NCBI GenBank assembly: GCA_951406725.2
Contig: OX597822.1
Coordinates: 86,428,001 to 86,492,000 of the forward strand
Length of the DNA: 64,000 nt
Source of the DNA: Octopus vulgaris
Taxonomy: Eukaryota
Reading direction: 5' to 3'
Positions within the stretch are counted from its first letter, which is position 1, and every line of letters starts with the position of its first letter. Both the position numbers and the translations under genes were made by a program. Under the pieces are notes generated by a model that worked only from the letters and a program-made list of their open reading frames with translations, searched no databases and had not been told where the DNA came from. Positions 1 through 12,741 of the stretch are shown piece after piece.

Positions 1-399
1 GTTGCTATAAAGCCCTTCCTATCTATGGGTGTGTACACTAAAACACGTTTTGTGTCCTTGTATATAATCGTTATGGTTCTATTGTTTAGCTCTAGCCATG
101 GCCACTCCGTCTTACATTCAAACATTGTTGTCCAGTTCAAACACAAGCCTTATACAGTAATCTGTCCTTCATTCTGAGGGAAAAGAGCTTTGTCGCCAGC
201 AGAAGTAGTAACATTGAACTTTTAACCTCTTCCTACCCTGACTATTATTGTACCTTCTGAGCAACTGCCTCCCCTTCTAATTTTGTCTCCTAGGTAACAA
301 AAGCTATCGACTGCGTCTAGTAAGACGTCCGGGTATGTAATGGCAACTATTTCTCGTGTGCTCGTAGTACTTACTGCTCCAAGGCTTTTGTTAAATATG

Positions 400-741
400 A
401 ACCTCCCTTACTCTGATAGTTTGCTTGTAATTTCACATTACCTCTTGTGTATCCCTAGCTTACATTGGGTTCAATGTAGAGAGTTTATACCTACTTTCCT
501 GGATACTGAGCAAAGCCCCTCCATCTTCTTTCCTACTCACTAAAGATTTTAGTCTTTGTTAAGTTTACTACAAGGCTTCTTCTCAGTTCTAGGTTTCACT
601 TCCATGCCTGGAATTTCCTCTCTAATTTCCCTATAGATTAGGCTTTGATCATCAGCATATACAAGGTTCTATGTACACCAGGTCTTAAATTCCTCTTTGA
701 TGGCCTGTAGGACTATCATGAATAAGAAGGGGCTGAGAACC
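400..741 (-). mobile_element. RTE-clade LINE reverse-transcriptase fragment (degenerate)
   Basis: Minus strand reads LSPFLFMIVLQAIKEEFKT...LVYADD and ...TQCKLGIHKR, matching the copy at about 8050-8380. Confidence 0.75.
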
Positions 742-744
742 TTT

Positions 745-2390
745 CACAAAATTTCTTCAATACCACTTCTGCTTCATACACAATGGTTTCTGTATTGCAT
801 TGGCCATTTTAGTGAGCATGTAGTGTTACTTCTGTAAGAGTAGCCTGCTTCTGTTCTAGGTTGGGGCCTACTCACTATTTTCTTTATGCTAGGTGAGGAG
901 CATGTTTATCAACTAAACTGAGGAATGTCCTACCTTCACAAATTTTTACTTTGATGGAAATTATAAACACTTAGAGTGGAATTTCCTGTTCAAGTTAGGA
1001 TCAGGCATAGAATTAGTCTTATCCTTGAAATCACTGGCAATCAGGGCCATGGCATTGAAGATCTCTTAGCTCAAAGATAGGTTGGAGATACTTTTGCTAA
1101 ACCCCTTAACTAAGTTCCTGAAAACTATAGTTGGATGACAGTAAGCTGCATTAAGATATGTCAGCCTCTCATTTCGTTTCTGAAAGGGTTTTATAGGTGC
1201 CAGTGTCTAGGTGTGATGTCACGTCCATGAAATCAACCACTTTCAAGTTGATCTCTATTGTGACCTTGGATGCAAGAGAATTAAGGGTTAGATCGTTCTT
1301 AAGCCTATTGAGTGTGTGGCCATTTGCCCCCCCCCCCCCTCTATAGTGCTAAGGCATCATCCCAATACAGGCCAAAGCTGATTGAGGGGTATTACTTACT
1401 AAGCATATCTTACTAAGATGTAGTGGTGTTTCAAAATTTCATGCATTTATTTGTAAGGTTAAGGAAGTTATTAAAAATTGAAACCCATCAGCGACTTTTG
1501 GGACACCATGTATATCTGCACTGCTAAATTCTCTCTTTGTATTATCAAAGGAGTTGTTGGGATCAGTTTGCCTAATTGAGGTTGTCAAGTAGTAGGGTTT
1601 TCCTGCCATGCATGATGATGTGCATATCCCCATTGCTAATTCCTGCCTAGCCCCTAGCAAAGTTGAGTGCCCCATATAAAACAACCCTCGATAGAGATGG
1701 ATAAAAAAATACTTTATTAAATAGGGTGAACCTTGCTCTTACCTCTGCTGCTCCTGGCTTTAAGCCATGAAATGACCTCATTGTCCCAGAAGGGAGGAAC
1801 TAGAGATTCTCCTAATGAAATCGTTATCTTCTTGAGCAGGTGTTTGCTTTCAAAGCTGATCTCTCACTTTGTGGGGTGATCAACCAACATTTCAGGTTTG
1901 AGGTCTTTAATAAAGGCATCTTTCTTCGTTAAAGCTTTTACCCTGGCCTCAATTTCTGTATGTTTGTGCAATGTTGTCAGTTCAATGAGCACTGCTTCAA
2001 GTTTTATGTCCTTCAGCAATACATACCATTGAAAGATACACACACCCACACATATCTGTAATTATGCATTCATAGCTGTGTGCATCATTATTTACCTTAT
2101 ATAAATTTTTGGTTGTGTCTGAAAAAGTAGTGCTCTATTGAAATCCTTGGGTTTATGTCCTTCCAAAGTTTACCTTGGAAACAGGTAGGGGACTTATGGA
2201 ATCACAGCTTTGATGTGAAATTTAAGATGTCTGCTTCAAAGGATTCCAGTTCCTTGATCCTGGGTTAGAATTTTCTAAACCAAATACTGAAATGTTCAGA
2301 ATGTGTGGGTTGTTGTGCATGGTTGTAGAAAAAGGCTTTCCATTTTACATGCTTGACCAAGTCTTCTCCAGTGGCATCCTTGAGTAGAAC
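745..2390 (-). mobile_element. Penelope-like element (Neptune-type) RT plus start of GIY-YIG region, degenerate
   Basis: Frameshifted minus-strand motifs: EDLVKHVKW/KAFFY, KELESFEADIL, FGLYWDDA (GLYRDDG-like), KVTIEINLKVVDFMDVT..TGTYK..YLNAAYCHPTI, GQCNTETIVYEAEV. Confidence 0.8.
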
Positions 2391-2721
2391 TCATTAGATA
2401 TTCTTTGTAGAGTATTCAGGTTCCATAATGACAAGCAAATACATGGCGTGTGCACACACACACATTGTTATCATTATTATTATCAATTCTTTGTTGTGTA
2501 TGAAGAGTGCACAGTGTCTAATATACTCTGTGTTTACGTGGGAGTGTCTAAAAGTCCATGAATCAGATAAAACACAAGTACTCATATATTAGTTAATTGA
2601 ATAAGCATATTATTATTATTACTAATAAAATACATCATTATAGTGTCATAATCGCCAAATTACCAATTGGCTATACATACACATACATAAATACATACAT
2701 ATATATATATATATATACTTC

Positions 2722-3420
2722 CGGCAGGACAAGTGAGTCCATAACCCGTGGCCTTCTACTTGGGATGGAGCCAGCCTACGTATGCATACCTTCCCTTCTT
2801 GGGACACAAAACTCTACTTGTGAAGACCTGTTGAGGCAAGTGAGGATCAGAATCGAAATCGATCAATGGAAATTGCAGATGTGTTACCAGTGCCGGTGGG
2901 ATGTCGATACTCTACTTGTGAAGACCCGTTGAGGCAAGTGAGGATCAGAAATGGAAATTGCAGATGTGTTACCAGTGCCGGTGGCATGTCGAAACTCTAC
3001 TTGTGAAGACCCGTTGAGGCAAGTGAGGATCAGAATGGAAATCGATCAATGGAAATTGCAGATGTGTTACCAGTGCCGGTGGCATGTAAGAGAACCTTCC
3101 GTTTCGCGACCGTTGCCAGCACCGCCCCGTTTCGTGTCCGTTGCCAGCCTCGCCTGGCCCTCGTGCCGGTGGCACATAAAAAGCACCATCCGTTCGTGGC
3201 CGTTTGCCAGCTCTGTCTGGCACCTGTGCGGGTGGCACGTAAAAAGCACCCACTACACTCACGGAGTGGTTGGCGTTAGGAAGGGCATCCAGCCGTAGAA
3301 ACACTGCCAGATTTGACTGGGCCTGATGAAGCCTTCTGGCTTCACAGACCCCAGTAGAACCGTCCAACCCATGCTAGCATGGAAAACGGACGCTAAACGA
3401 CGATGATGATGATGATGATA
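2722..3420 (+). mobile_element. RTE-related non-autonomous repeat with (GAT)n tail and internal tandem duplications
   Basis: Ends ...ggttggcgttaggaagggcatccagccgtagaaac...ccatgctagcatggaaaacggacgctaaacgacgatgatgat. The same family recurs at about 9270, 21240(-), 24805(-), 27580, 32795(-), 38420(-), 39470, 42760, 46095(-) and 60965(-). Confidence 0.8.
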
Positions 3421-3529
3421 TATTCATACAGATATAATACATGCAGACATATATATATGCACATATATACCGGAGTAAACACATAAATGTGAAACAAGGT
3501 GGAAAAAAGAGTACTCAAATACTAATAAT

Positions 3530-4480
3530 ATAGGATAAAATGTTTTTCAGAAAAAATTTCATCAAAAGTCGCAGCATATTAAAATACCTTTAAAGGTTAA
3601 AATTATAAACAACTTATAAACAAGGGCAATAGAAGAATTATTTCAATGCCAATATGCTGAGAACAGACTTAAATCGTCAATTTTCATATTGGATCTTTTC
3701 ACTTTGACCGGCAGGTTTTTAAAATAATTTCTTTGTAACTAAACACTTTTAAACTTCGTATACTGGTAGAATGTGTTACATAAAACATCTTTTTCTCTTG
3801 GCTTTCTTGAGAAAATTCTGTAGTTTGTAAGCTATTTGTCGTTGAATTTCTTGCATGTCAGCAATTTCAACCTATCAATGACGTCTATTGAAGTGAATAC
3901 AATTTCTGCGGTTGTCAACAACAATTATTTTCGGTGTCAAATCAGTTTGTCACTGTTATTCATGACATATTTCATATCACTTACGTTCGTATGAATAAAA
4001 GATTATCGTTATTAAACTTTTATTAATAAACACATATTCTAAGTTCACAACATATGCAGTTTTAATTTCCCTCTCTGTTGCACAGATACACGCATTACAT
4101 ATTATATATTCGTTTAAGAAACAAATTGGGTTTATTTACATTTCTGAAGAAAAAAAGATACCCTTTCCCCCACCCCTAAAACAGATTGAAATGCAATAGA
4201 TCGATACTAGGGTCATAATAATGGGTGGATACTAAAGAGGGAACGGTTTTGTTATCCAGCTCTGTTTACGAGTGATCCCTCAGTTTATGGCCACACACGT
4301 GTATTTGTTTACATTTGAAGAAGATTATCACTTTCCGTAAAATTTTTATTTTTTATATATGTGGGGTTAGGGTTATGGCTAGGGTTAGGAGTTATGGTCA
4401 AGGGTTAGGGGTGGGGGAAGGGTATCTTTTTTCTCATAAATAACAGTGACAAACTGATATAACACCGCAAATAATTTTTA
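3530..4480. repeat. Unclassified interspersed element with internal inverted segments and degenerate TTAGGG tract
   Basis: 3925-3960 is inverted to about 4440-4475; 4150-4178 (aaaagataccctttccccc) is inverted to 4405-4432; ggggttagggttatggctagggttagg at about 4363. Confidence 0.45.
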
Positions 4481-4744
4481 GATGTATTCCCTGATACTTA
4501 TGATGTACTACACACACACACATTATCAGCGCACCCTATCAAAAATTTCTGACTTCCTGTTTAGTTCAACATTCCATGCCTGTGTTGTATTGTAACCAAA
4601 ATATCCAAGCAGGGATAGACAATGTTGTCATAAAATATGAGACATTTAATATTTGAACAGCAACAAAAATACCTATTTTAAAATATTAATTTCTTATGTT
4701 TCTTATTATTGAAAGATGTGTGTGTGTGTGTGTGTGTGTGTGCA

Positions 4745-5190
4745 AGCACTCAAAACAAAGTTAGACAATGCCATACATTATAGACTCTTCAATAGTATTG
4801 TCCTACCTGCATTCTTATATGCAAGTGAGATGTGGGCTATTATGAAGTGGAGAGGATATCAATTGGCTACGATGCAAAGGGCCATGGAAAGATTCGTGAT
4901 AGGAATATCATTAAGAGAGCATATTTGAAACAAAATAATTCAAGAATAGAGCAGAACAAATGATGTGATTGCAGGGCCGGACATGTCATAAGGTTCACAG
5001 ACAACAGGTGGACCCATATAGTTGCCAAGTTATATCCAAGAGATCTAAAATGGCCACTTGGAAGGCCTCCTCAATGATGGGAAGATGATTTGGTTAAGCA
5101 ATCTTGGTCAAGATGGAAAAGAATGGTGCAATCTAGACAGAATTGGAAGAAAATTGTGACCATTGGTGTACAACTGTATCTGACGGTCTG
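4745..5190 (+). mobile_element. RTE LINE 3' ORF fragment
   Basis: LFNSIVLPAFLYASEMW...QRAMERFVIGISLREHI, then AGHVIRFTDNRWT and GRPPQ*W motifs. Confidence 0.75.
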
Positions 5191-5224
5191 GTCAATACTG
5201 CAATATATATATATATATATATGA

Positions 5225-6738
5225 TGGCTGTCCACTCATGATCGAGGAAGACCATTGATGACCTTCAGGAACATTATGTGCTCTGGGACTAACTTATATT
5301 TTGCCTTTGTGGCTCTGTTGGTAGCTAATGAGCCTGCTCTTGACAAGCATACATGACTGCAAACATTGCAGACCAATTCTTCCCCATTCACTGCACCAGC
5401 AGTGCACTTTCGAGCAGCACGCTTAAATTCTTCATGCAGAATATGTGCTCTCTCAAAGGTGTCAACCCCTTCCTTAATCTACTTCTTCCATCTGTGGTGA
5501 TGACAGGCATAGTTCTCTCAGTCAGTCTCCTGCATTTCACAGGCCTTTAATGAGGACTTGACACAGTCCTTAAATTGCAGCCTTGGTTTCTACTGGGGTC
5601 TCTTTCCATTCACAAGTTCCCCATATAGCATCTGTTTAGGAATCCCGCTATCCTTCATTCTAATAAGGTGTCCAGTGCAATGTAACTGATGCTTGTGCAC
5701 CATCACCTCAATACTGAAGACATCAGCTGTCCTCAGGACCTGTGTGTCTGGAGTTTTAAGGTCCAGCCAACATTCAGAATGTGTATGAGACATCTCTGAT
5801 GAAAGCATTCAAGGACCTTTACATGATGTTTGTAAAGGGTCCCTGTCTCACATGAGTAAAAGAGTGATGTAAGTACACATGCATGGTACACAGCAATTTT
5901 TGTTTGCTTTGTGATGCCATACTGGGACCAGACACGAGACTGAAGAGACCAGAAGGAATCAGTTGCTCTCTGCAGCATGAAAGATATATCATCATCCAGG
6001 GAGCAAGAATGGCTGAGTGTGCTGCTCAGGTACACAAACTTGTGTACCACTTTCAGTATTGTTCCTTCAACCTAGATAGCTGGTTCCACATATGGGTTTC
6101 CTGGTGAGTGACTAAGTCAGTCATCTGCATAAAGGAGGTCACAAATAAGAGACTGGAAAACTTTTGAATTGGCCGCAAATCGGCACAGATTAAAGAGGCA
6201 ACCAGAAGATATGTACAGAATACCTGGCATATATTCCCAGAGAGCTATCCTTAACAAAAGCATGAGTAAAAACAGCAGCAAAGTACAAAGGAAAAGAGAG
6301 TTAGGGCAAGGATGTCACCCTGCTTGACACTATTCTCTACAAGAATGGGTCCTGCCATGCCACCACCAACATTGACCCAAACCTCCATCCCATCATGAAA
6401 CGACTTAATTATAGATACATGATCCAGACATCCAAGTTTGCCAGTATTTTCCATAGGGAGGCCCTATTCACAGTATCAAAGGTCTTAGTTAAATCAATGA
6501 ATACATGGACAAGAACCATATTCTGCTCATAGCACTTCTCCTGCATCTGTCTTGCTGTGAAAATCATATCCATTGTCCCTCTACCAGATCAGAAGTGACA
6601 TTGACATTCAGATAGGACATCATTTACGAGACACCCATTCAGGTGGGTAAGAAGAATAATTGCCAGAACCTTGCTAACAGCTGATAGTAGAGCAATACCT
6701 CTGTAGTTACCATACATTGTTCTGGCTTCTTTACCTTT
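5225..6738 (-). mobile_element. RTE (BovB-like) LINE, RT to 3' end, degenerate
   Basis: Minus ORFs VKQGDILALTLFS, KFVYLSSTLS...YSCETGTLY...FHQRCL, HCTGHLIRMKDSGIPKQMLYGELVNGKRP. Confidence 0.85.
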
Positions 6739-6739
6739 A

Positions 6740-8870
6740 GTTCCTCCCGGGTGAAGAATGTGCCCCCCAGCATAGACTAATCATTAGTGACTTTAGACTT
6801 GAGGCCAGAATGATGCCAAGAAGACCAATCCAGAAAAGAAGGATTTGGAAGCTAAAGAACCCTTCACATGGTCAGAGATTTAAGGACATCGTCATCAAGA
6901 AGTTTAATAAGAGGGCGGAGGAGTTACAGACCTCGGACATAGAGGGTAACTGGAAATTCCTACAGGACAGCTTACTAAGTGCCACAGACCAAGTCTGCGG
7001 ATGGTGCAAAATCCCTTCCAGACCTAGAGTAAAAGTGGTGGTGGAATAATACACTAGACAAAGCCATTAGAGCAAAGAAACAGGCCTGGAAAGCCTGGAA
7101 GAGTGTGGGTAGCAGGGAACTGTACTAGATAGCCAGAAAGGAGGCTGGGCAACAGGTATACATAACCAAGGGAGAAGCAGATAAGAAGAAGTTTGCCAAT
7201 GTCCAGCGACATAAGGACCAAAGAACTGAGGTATTTCGGATTGCAAGACAGTGTGTGAGAGAAAATTGTGATGTCACAGGAGAAAAATGTGTCCACATGG
7301 ATGATGGTGCACTTGCTATTAATGATTCTGAAAAGAAAGACGCTTGGAGAAGCCATTATGAAAGACTGCTGAACGTGGAGAATGAATGGGAGGAGGAGAG
7401 CCTGCCAAATGTTGATCCAGTAGAGGGACCAGCAATCCGAATAGACAGCACCCTGGTAGATAAAGCAATTAAGGGTATGAAGCCAGGAAAAGCCCCCGGC
7501 CCATCAGGAATCACTGCTGAGATGCTTAAAATATCTGGTGGTGTGGGTTATGGCCTAGTCACCCGTATTGTAAACCAGGTAGTTCATAATGGAGTCATAC
7601 CCAATGACTAGCATAGTAGTACCATAGTCAACTGCCACAAGGGTAAAAGTGATGCTTTACATAGAAATAATTACAGGGGTATCAAACTGTTGGATCAGAT
7701 GATGAAGGTCACAGAGAGGGTCATAGACTGACTAATTGGGGAGAGAATCTGTTTAGGTGAGATGCAGTTCGGTTTTGTGCCAAGTAGAAGCACCACTGAT
7801 GCTATATTTTTGATATGGCAACTGCAGGAGAAATACCTAGCCAAAGATAAATCCCTTTTGTGGACTAGGAGAAAGCCTCTGACAGGGTCCCCCAATCCCT
7901 TATCTGATGGTCGATGCAGAAACTAGGGATTGATGAGTGGTTAATAAGGGCTGTACAGGCCCTATACAGAGAGGCCATTAGTAAGGTGAGGGTTGGCAAT
8001 GAGTACAGTGAAGAATTCCGGGTAGAAGTAGGAATCCACTAAAGATCAGCCCTCGAGCCCTTGATATTCATCATGGTCCTCCAGGCAATAAGAAAGGAAT
8101 TCAAGACAGGTTGCCCCTGGGAGCTCCTCTATGCTGATGACCTGGCCCTCATAGAAAATCACTACCAGAACTAGAGAAGAAATTTCAGGTATGGAAGCAA
8201 GGATCAGAATTGAAGTGCCTTAGAGTCAATGTCACAAAAACCAAAGTCCTAGCAGGTAAGAAGTGAACACATCATACACCCCTTCAGGCAGATGGCCTTG
8301 TTTGATCTGTAGAAAAGGTGTAGGTAGAAACTACATAAGATGTACTCAGTGTAAGCTATGGACGCATAAGAGGTGCAGCAACATCAAAGAAAGATTAACT
8401 GGGAAGATAGCTTTCACGTGCGGCAGATGAACAGGGGCAATAAACACCACAGATGCTCAAAAAACAGGTTCCATCACATGCCAGGGGAAGAAACTAGAAG
8501 TTGTTAGCTTCCACTACTTAGGTGACCAAGTTAGTAGAGGGGGTGGAAGCTCAGAGAGCATTACTGCTAGAATAAGAATAGGCTGGGCAAAGTTCAGAAA
8601 GCTTCTACCCCTACTGGTGACAAAGGGCCTCTCTTCAGAGTGAAAAGTAGATTGTATGATCATGTGTGCGAACTGCCATGCTTCACGGCAGTGAAACATG
8701 GGCTGTGACTGCTGAAGACATGCATAGGCTTGAAAGAAATGAAGCTAGCATGACCCGCTGGATGTGTAATGTCAGTGTGTACAGACAACAGAGTGTAAGC
8801 ACCCTGAGAGAAATGTTGGACATAAGAATCATTGGATGTGGCATGCAAGAAAGACATCTGCACTGGTATG
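6740..8870 (+). mobile_element. RTE-clade LINE (end of endonuclease, RT, Cys/His finger), degenerate
   Basis: IWKLK, KGMKPGKAPGPSGITAEMLK, NYRGIKLLD, QFGFVPSRSTTDAIF, LLYADDL, CRKGVGRNYIRCTQCKLWTHKRCS, AMLHGSETW; many stops and frameshifts. Confidence 0.9.
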
Positions 8871-9424
8871 CAGCAACCAAATCCTACTGCTGTCTTTTTA
8901 TGTTAAAACTGGCCAGATTCAGCCTCTCACACTTGCCCTACAATGTCATTCTAAAAATATTCTATCATATTATTGAATCTCGAAGATATAAAATAATGCA
9001 TTTGACAGGAACCTGAATGCTTAATAATGTTGCACTTCCCATTCAGTGTTGTAACTGGGGCTCTTGTCTTATCCATGCCAAAAACATTCCATTTGCATCA
9101 TTTTTTAGAGATATTACCCTTAATCTTTTTCCTTTCTTTTCCCCTTTTGTTTTCATCGTATTTTACTTCTGTTGTTTTGTGTCACTTTGATTTTAGTTTT
9201 TCTTTTTGTTTTGTTTGGTTTGTCCTTTTCACTTTAAACCTGTGTAATTTATTATACAACCATTTATGTGTGTTGGCATTAGAAAGGGTATCCAGCTGTA
9301 GAAAACTTGCCAGATCAGATTGGAGCCTGGTGCAGCCTCCTGGCTTGCCAGTCCTCAGTCAAACCATTCAACCCATGCCGGCATGGAAAGCAGACATTAA
9401 ATGATGATGATGATGATGACATAT

Positions 9425-10205
9425 GTATGCATATATAATATTGGGTGGCTAATTTGCAATTTTACAACCTAAAGGCAGAAATAGAGACATCACTAAAGTG
9501 AACAAAGGGTACCAATCAGTCCCAGCATTGCTAGAAATAGGAGTCAACACAACTCAATAGTCATAAAAAGCAGTATTTTAATGAGCTGAGAAGGTAGACA
9601 TGCCCTGCCCCCCCTCACCCCCTACAGTGGCAGATAGAACTAGATCCCTGATGATTTTGCTTTCTGATGCTTAATGCATCTTAATGCTCAGCAGTGACTC
9701 TCTCTCCGTGCCTAGGGTTAAACCCATCTTGCCTTGTCAGCTTATAAGATCTCCATTGAAATCATATGCTGGTTTCATAAATGGTAAAAGTGAAAATTAT
9801 ATATAATACGGGTGGCTAATTCACAGGCATTAATCAGCATCAATATTGCTAGAAATAAAGTCAAAACGACTCAATAGCCACAAGAGCATTAAGATGTGTT
9901 AAGCATCAGAATGCAAATCATCAGTGATCTAGCTCCATCTGCCACCATTGGGGGCTTGTCTCCCTTCTCAGCTCATTAAAATACTGCTTTTTGTGGCTAC
10001 TGAGGTGTTTTGACTCTTATTTCTAGCAGTACCTGTCCTGATTAGTGTCCTTTGTCACTTTGGTGATGTGTGTATATATTTCCCCTCTTTAACCTTCTCA
10101 CACTGTCTCTGATGAAGGGATATCCATAAGATCCCAGAAACATCTGTAAGACTATTTCCTTATAAATGTCCTCACAGCCTTGGATTTGTTATATCATTCT
10201 GTCTA
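9425..10205. mobile_element. Penelope-type terminal-repeat structure (inverted plus partial direct repeat) ending in a hammerhead motif
   Basis: About 9485-9690 is inverted to about 9884-10070; a partial direct copy lies at 9800-9885; hammerhead at 10105-10152. Confidence 0.6.
10105..10152 (+). ncRNA. Minimal type-I hammerhead ribozyme motif
   Basis: GUCU-CUGAUGA-A-GGGAU(loop)AUCCC-A-GAAA-CAUCU-GUA-AGAC: stem I GUCU/AGAC, stem II GGGAU/AUCCC, cleavage triplet GUA. Confidence 0.7.
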
Positions 10206-10217
10206 TTATATATAATA

Positions 10218-10614
10218 GGCGCAGGAGTGGCTGTGTGGTAAGTAGCTTGTTTACCAACCACATGGTTCCGGGTTCAGTCCCACTGCGTGGCACCTTGGGT
10301 AGGTGTCTTCTGCTATAGCCTCGGGCCGACCAAAGCCTTGTGAGTGGATTTGGTAGACGGAAACTGAAAGAAGCCCATCATATATATGTATATATATGTA
10401 TATGTGTGTGTGCCTGTATGTTTGTGTTTGTCCCCCTAGCATTGCTTGACAACCGATGCTGGTGTGTTTATGTCCCCGTTACCTAGCGGTTCGGCAAAAG
10501 AGACCGATAGAATAAGTACTGGGCTTACAAAGAATAAGTCCCGGGGTCGAGTTGCTCGATTAAAGGCGGTGCTCCAGCATGGCCGCAGTCAAATCACTGA
10601 AACAAGTAAAAGAG
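10218..10614 (+). mobile_element. tRNA-derived SINE (family A), full length
   Basis: A box tggctgtgtgg, B box ggttcagtccc, internal (TA/TG)n, tail ggcggtgctccagcatggccgcagtcaaatcactgaaacaagtaaaagag. Confidence 0.9.
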
Positions 10615-10620
10615 TATATA

Positions 10621-10874
10621 TATTGGGTTGGTGCATAATTATTTCGGCTTTTTTACAAATTTTATTCAACAAAAACAATTACAACATGAAACAAAAAACA
10701 TCTTTAAATGATTATTCCGGAGCATATTCACCATCTACTTCAATTACTGCTTCCCATTTGCTTGGCAGACGGACAGACCATCATTTAAAGATGTTTTTGT
10801 TACATGTTGTCATTGTTTTTGTTGAATGAAATTTGTCGAAAAAAATGCCACAATAATTATGCACCGACCCAATA
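10621..10874 (-). mobile_element. Internally deleted mariner (Tc1/mariner) element
   Basis: TIRs tattgggttggtgcataattatt / aataattatgcaccgacccaata; minus strand retains the transposase C-terminus RLPSKWEAVIEVDGEYAPE*. Confidence 0.85.
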
Positions 10875-11040
10875 AACACACACACTCACAATAAAACATA
10901 AAATCTGAAATATTTGCACTTCTTTGACTCTGTCTTTATGCTTGATATGAGTCTGTTTTTATATACATGCATTGGAATATTTCTGCTTAAATATATAAAA
11001 AAATGTCTGTGTGTGTGTACAGTTATATATCTCTTTTTTT

Positions 11041-11423
11041 TTACTCTTTTTACTTGTTTCAGTCATTTGACTGCGGCCATGCTGGAGCACCGCCTTTAGT
11101 CGAGCAACTCGACCCCGGGACTTATTCTATCGGTCTCTTTTGCCGAACCGCTAAGTGACGGGGACGTAAACACACCAGCATCAGTTGTCAAGCAATGCTA
11201 GGGGAACAAACACAGACACACAAACATATTCACACACACTTATATATATATACATATATACGACAGGCTTCTTTCAGTTTCCGTCTACCAAATCCACTCA
11301 CAAGGCATTGGTCGGCCCGGGGCTATAGCAGAAGACACTTGCCCAAGATGCCACGCAGTGGGACTGAACTCGGAACCATGTGGTTGGTTAGCAAGCTACT
11401 TACCAAACAGCCACTCCTGCGCC
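11041..11423 (-). mobile_element. tRNA-derived SINE (family A), inverted copy
   Basis: Close reverse complement of 10218-10614. Confidence 0.9.
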
Positions 11424-12741
11424 TATGGGAATATCTATTTGTATACATGTTGAAATATAAGTTTATATACATAGGTGTATGCCACTTACCATATGTCTGA
11501 ATATTCATCCAGATGGGTCTCCCTAAATAACTTTTTAACTCAACCTGTTATTAAGTTTATGAATGTATAATTTGGGACACTTTTAACTAATGTTAGTCTG
11601 TGGATAAAGTGTCAGCCATTGTATATACACGTATAGATGTGTGTTAGAGCGTATACAAGGACATGGCAACTGTCATGCGATTGTTTATATTACCGGCAAA
11701 ATTTCGATATAAGTACCATAAATGTCAAAAGGGCCATGTGCTTTTTGTTTATGTTTCTCAACAAGATTGTCGCTCTCTGTAAAATAATTTTTTTTTTTTA
11801 TATATGTGTATGGGGGGTGGGGGGAGGGGATCTTTTGAAGTTGGCTTAAAAGAGAGAGAGGTGGGGAGTTATCTTTTGATGTCGGCATGAAGCGAAAGAA
11901 TTGATGTGTGCGTATGTTTGATAGGGTGTGTATGTGAAGTTCTTTTGTTAGTGTGTGTGTGTGTGTGTATGTGAGAGAGAGAGAAAGAAAGATAACTGAA
12001 AATTTTTTCTTCAATTTTTGTATGAAGTCTTTCCAATTTCAGTTATCTCTCTCTCTCTCTCTCACATACACACACACTAGCACCATTGCTCTCTCTGTCT
12101 CTTCACACACACACACACTAACAAAAGAATTTCACATACACACCACACTTTCTGTATCGCACACCCCATCAAACACACACACATCACCCAGTTCACAACA
12201 CCTTCTCTAACTACCTTGATACAATATCTATTTGCTCAACTGGCTTTCTTCCAGTAAGATCAAACTACTTGACCTATGTCTCAACATTTCATTTGGTGAC
12301 CCCGATACCCACTTTGTAATCTATATTACTATACATTTGCTGCTATGAATAAGACTAAACCTCCATTCCTCCCCTCCCCTGGCTTTGCGAAAGCTGTGAT
12401 AAGAAAACAGAAGATTAATTTTGACCCCATACTGCCCGCAATAACCTGTGGAAAAAGAAATGATTTTTCGTGAGTTCAGTATAAATTTCTCCTGTGATTC
12501 TATTGAATTCATAGACCACTCAGAATTTACGCACAGACTTTTCTGTTGAAACTCTCCCTTTAAAACTAACGGCCACATATACAAGACTACATCTATCACA
12601 GAATTTCGCAAAACTCAAACACCTTTCACTTTTGAACTACAAATTTCTTCATCAAAGCAAAATGTTCTGCATTATCATTCACATATCATTCGCATATTTT
12701 ATCTTCAAGCATCTGTAAATATTCATCTACACTAATTCTTC

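Noticed and set aside
3323-3350. ctgatgaagccttctggcttc as a hammerhead core
   Set aside because: No GAAA after the stem; other copies of the family read cctggtgcagcc here, so it is a chance mutation.
10218-10290. tRNA genes at SINE heads (also 33640 and 36128)
   Set aside because: A and B boxes are present but there is no complete cloverleaf, and each continues into a multi-copy SINE body.
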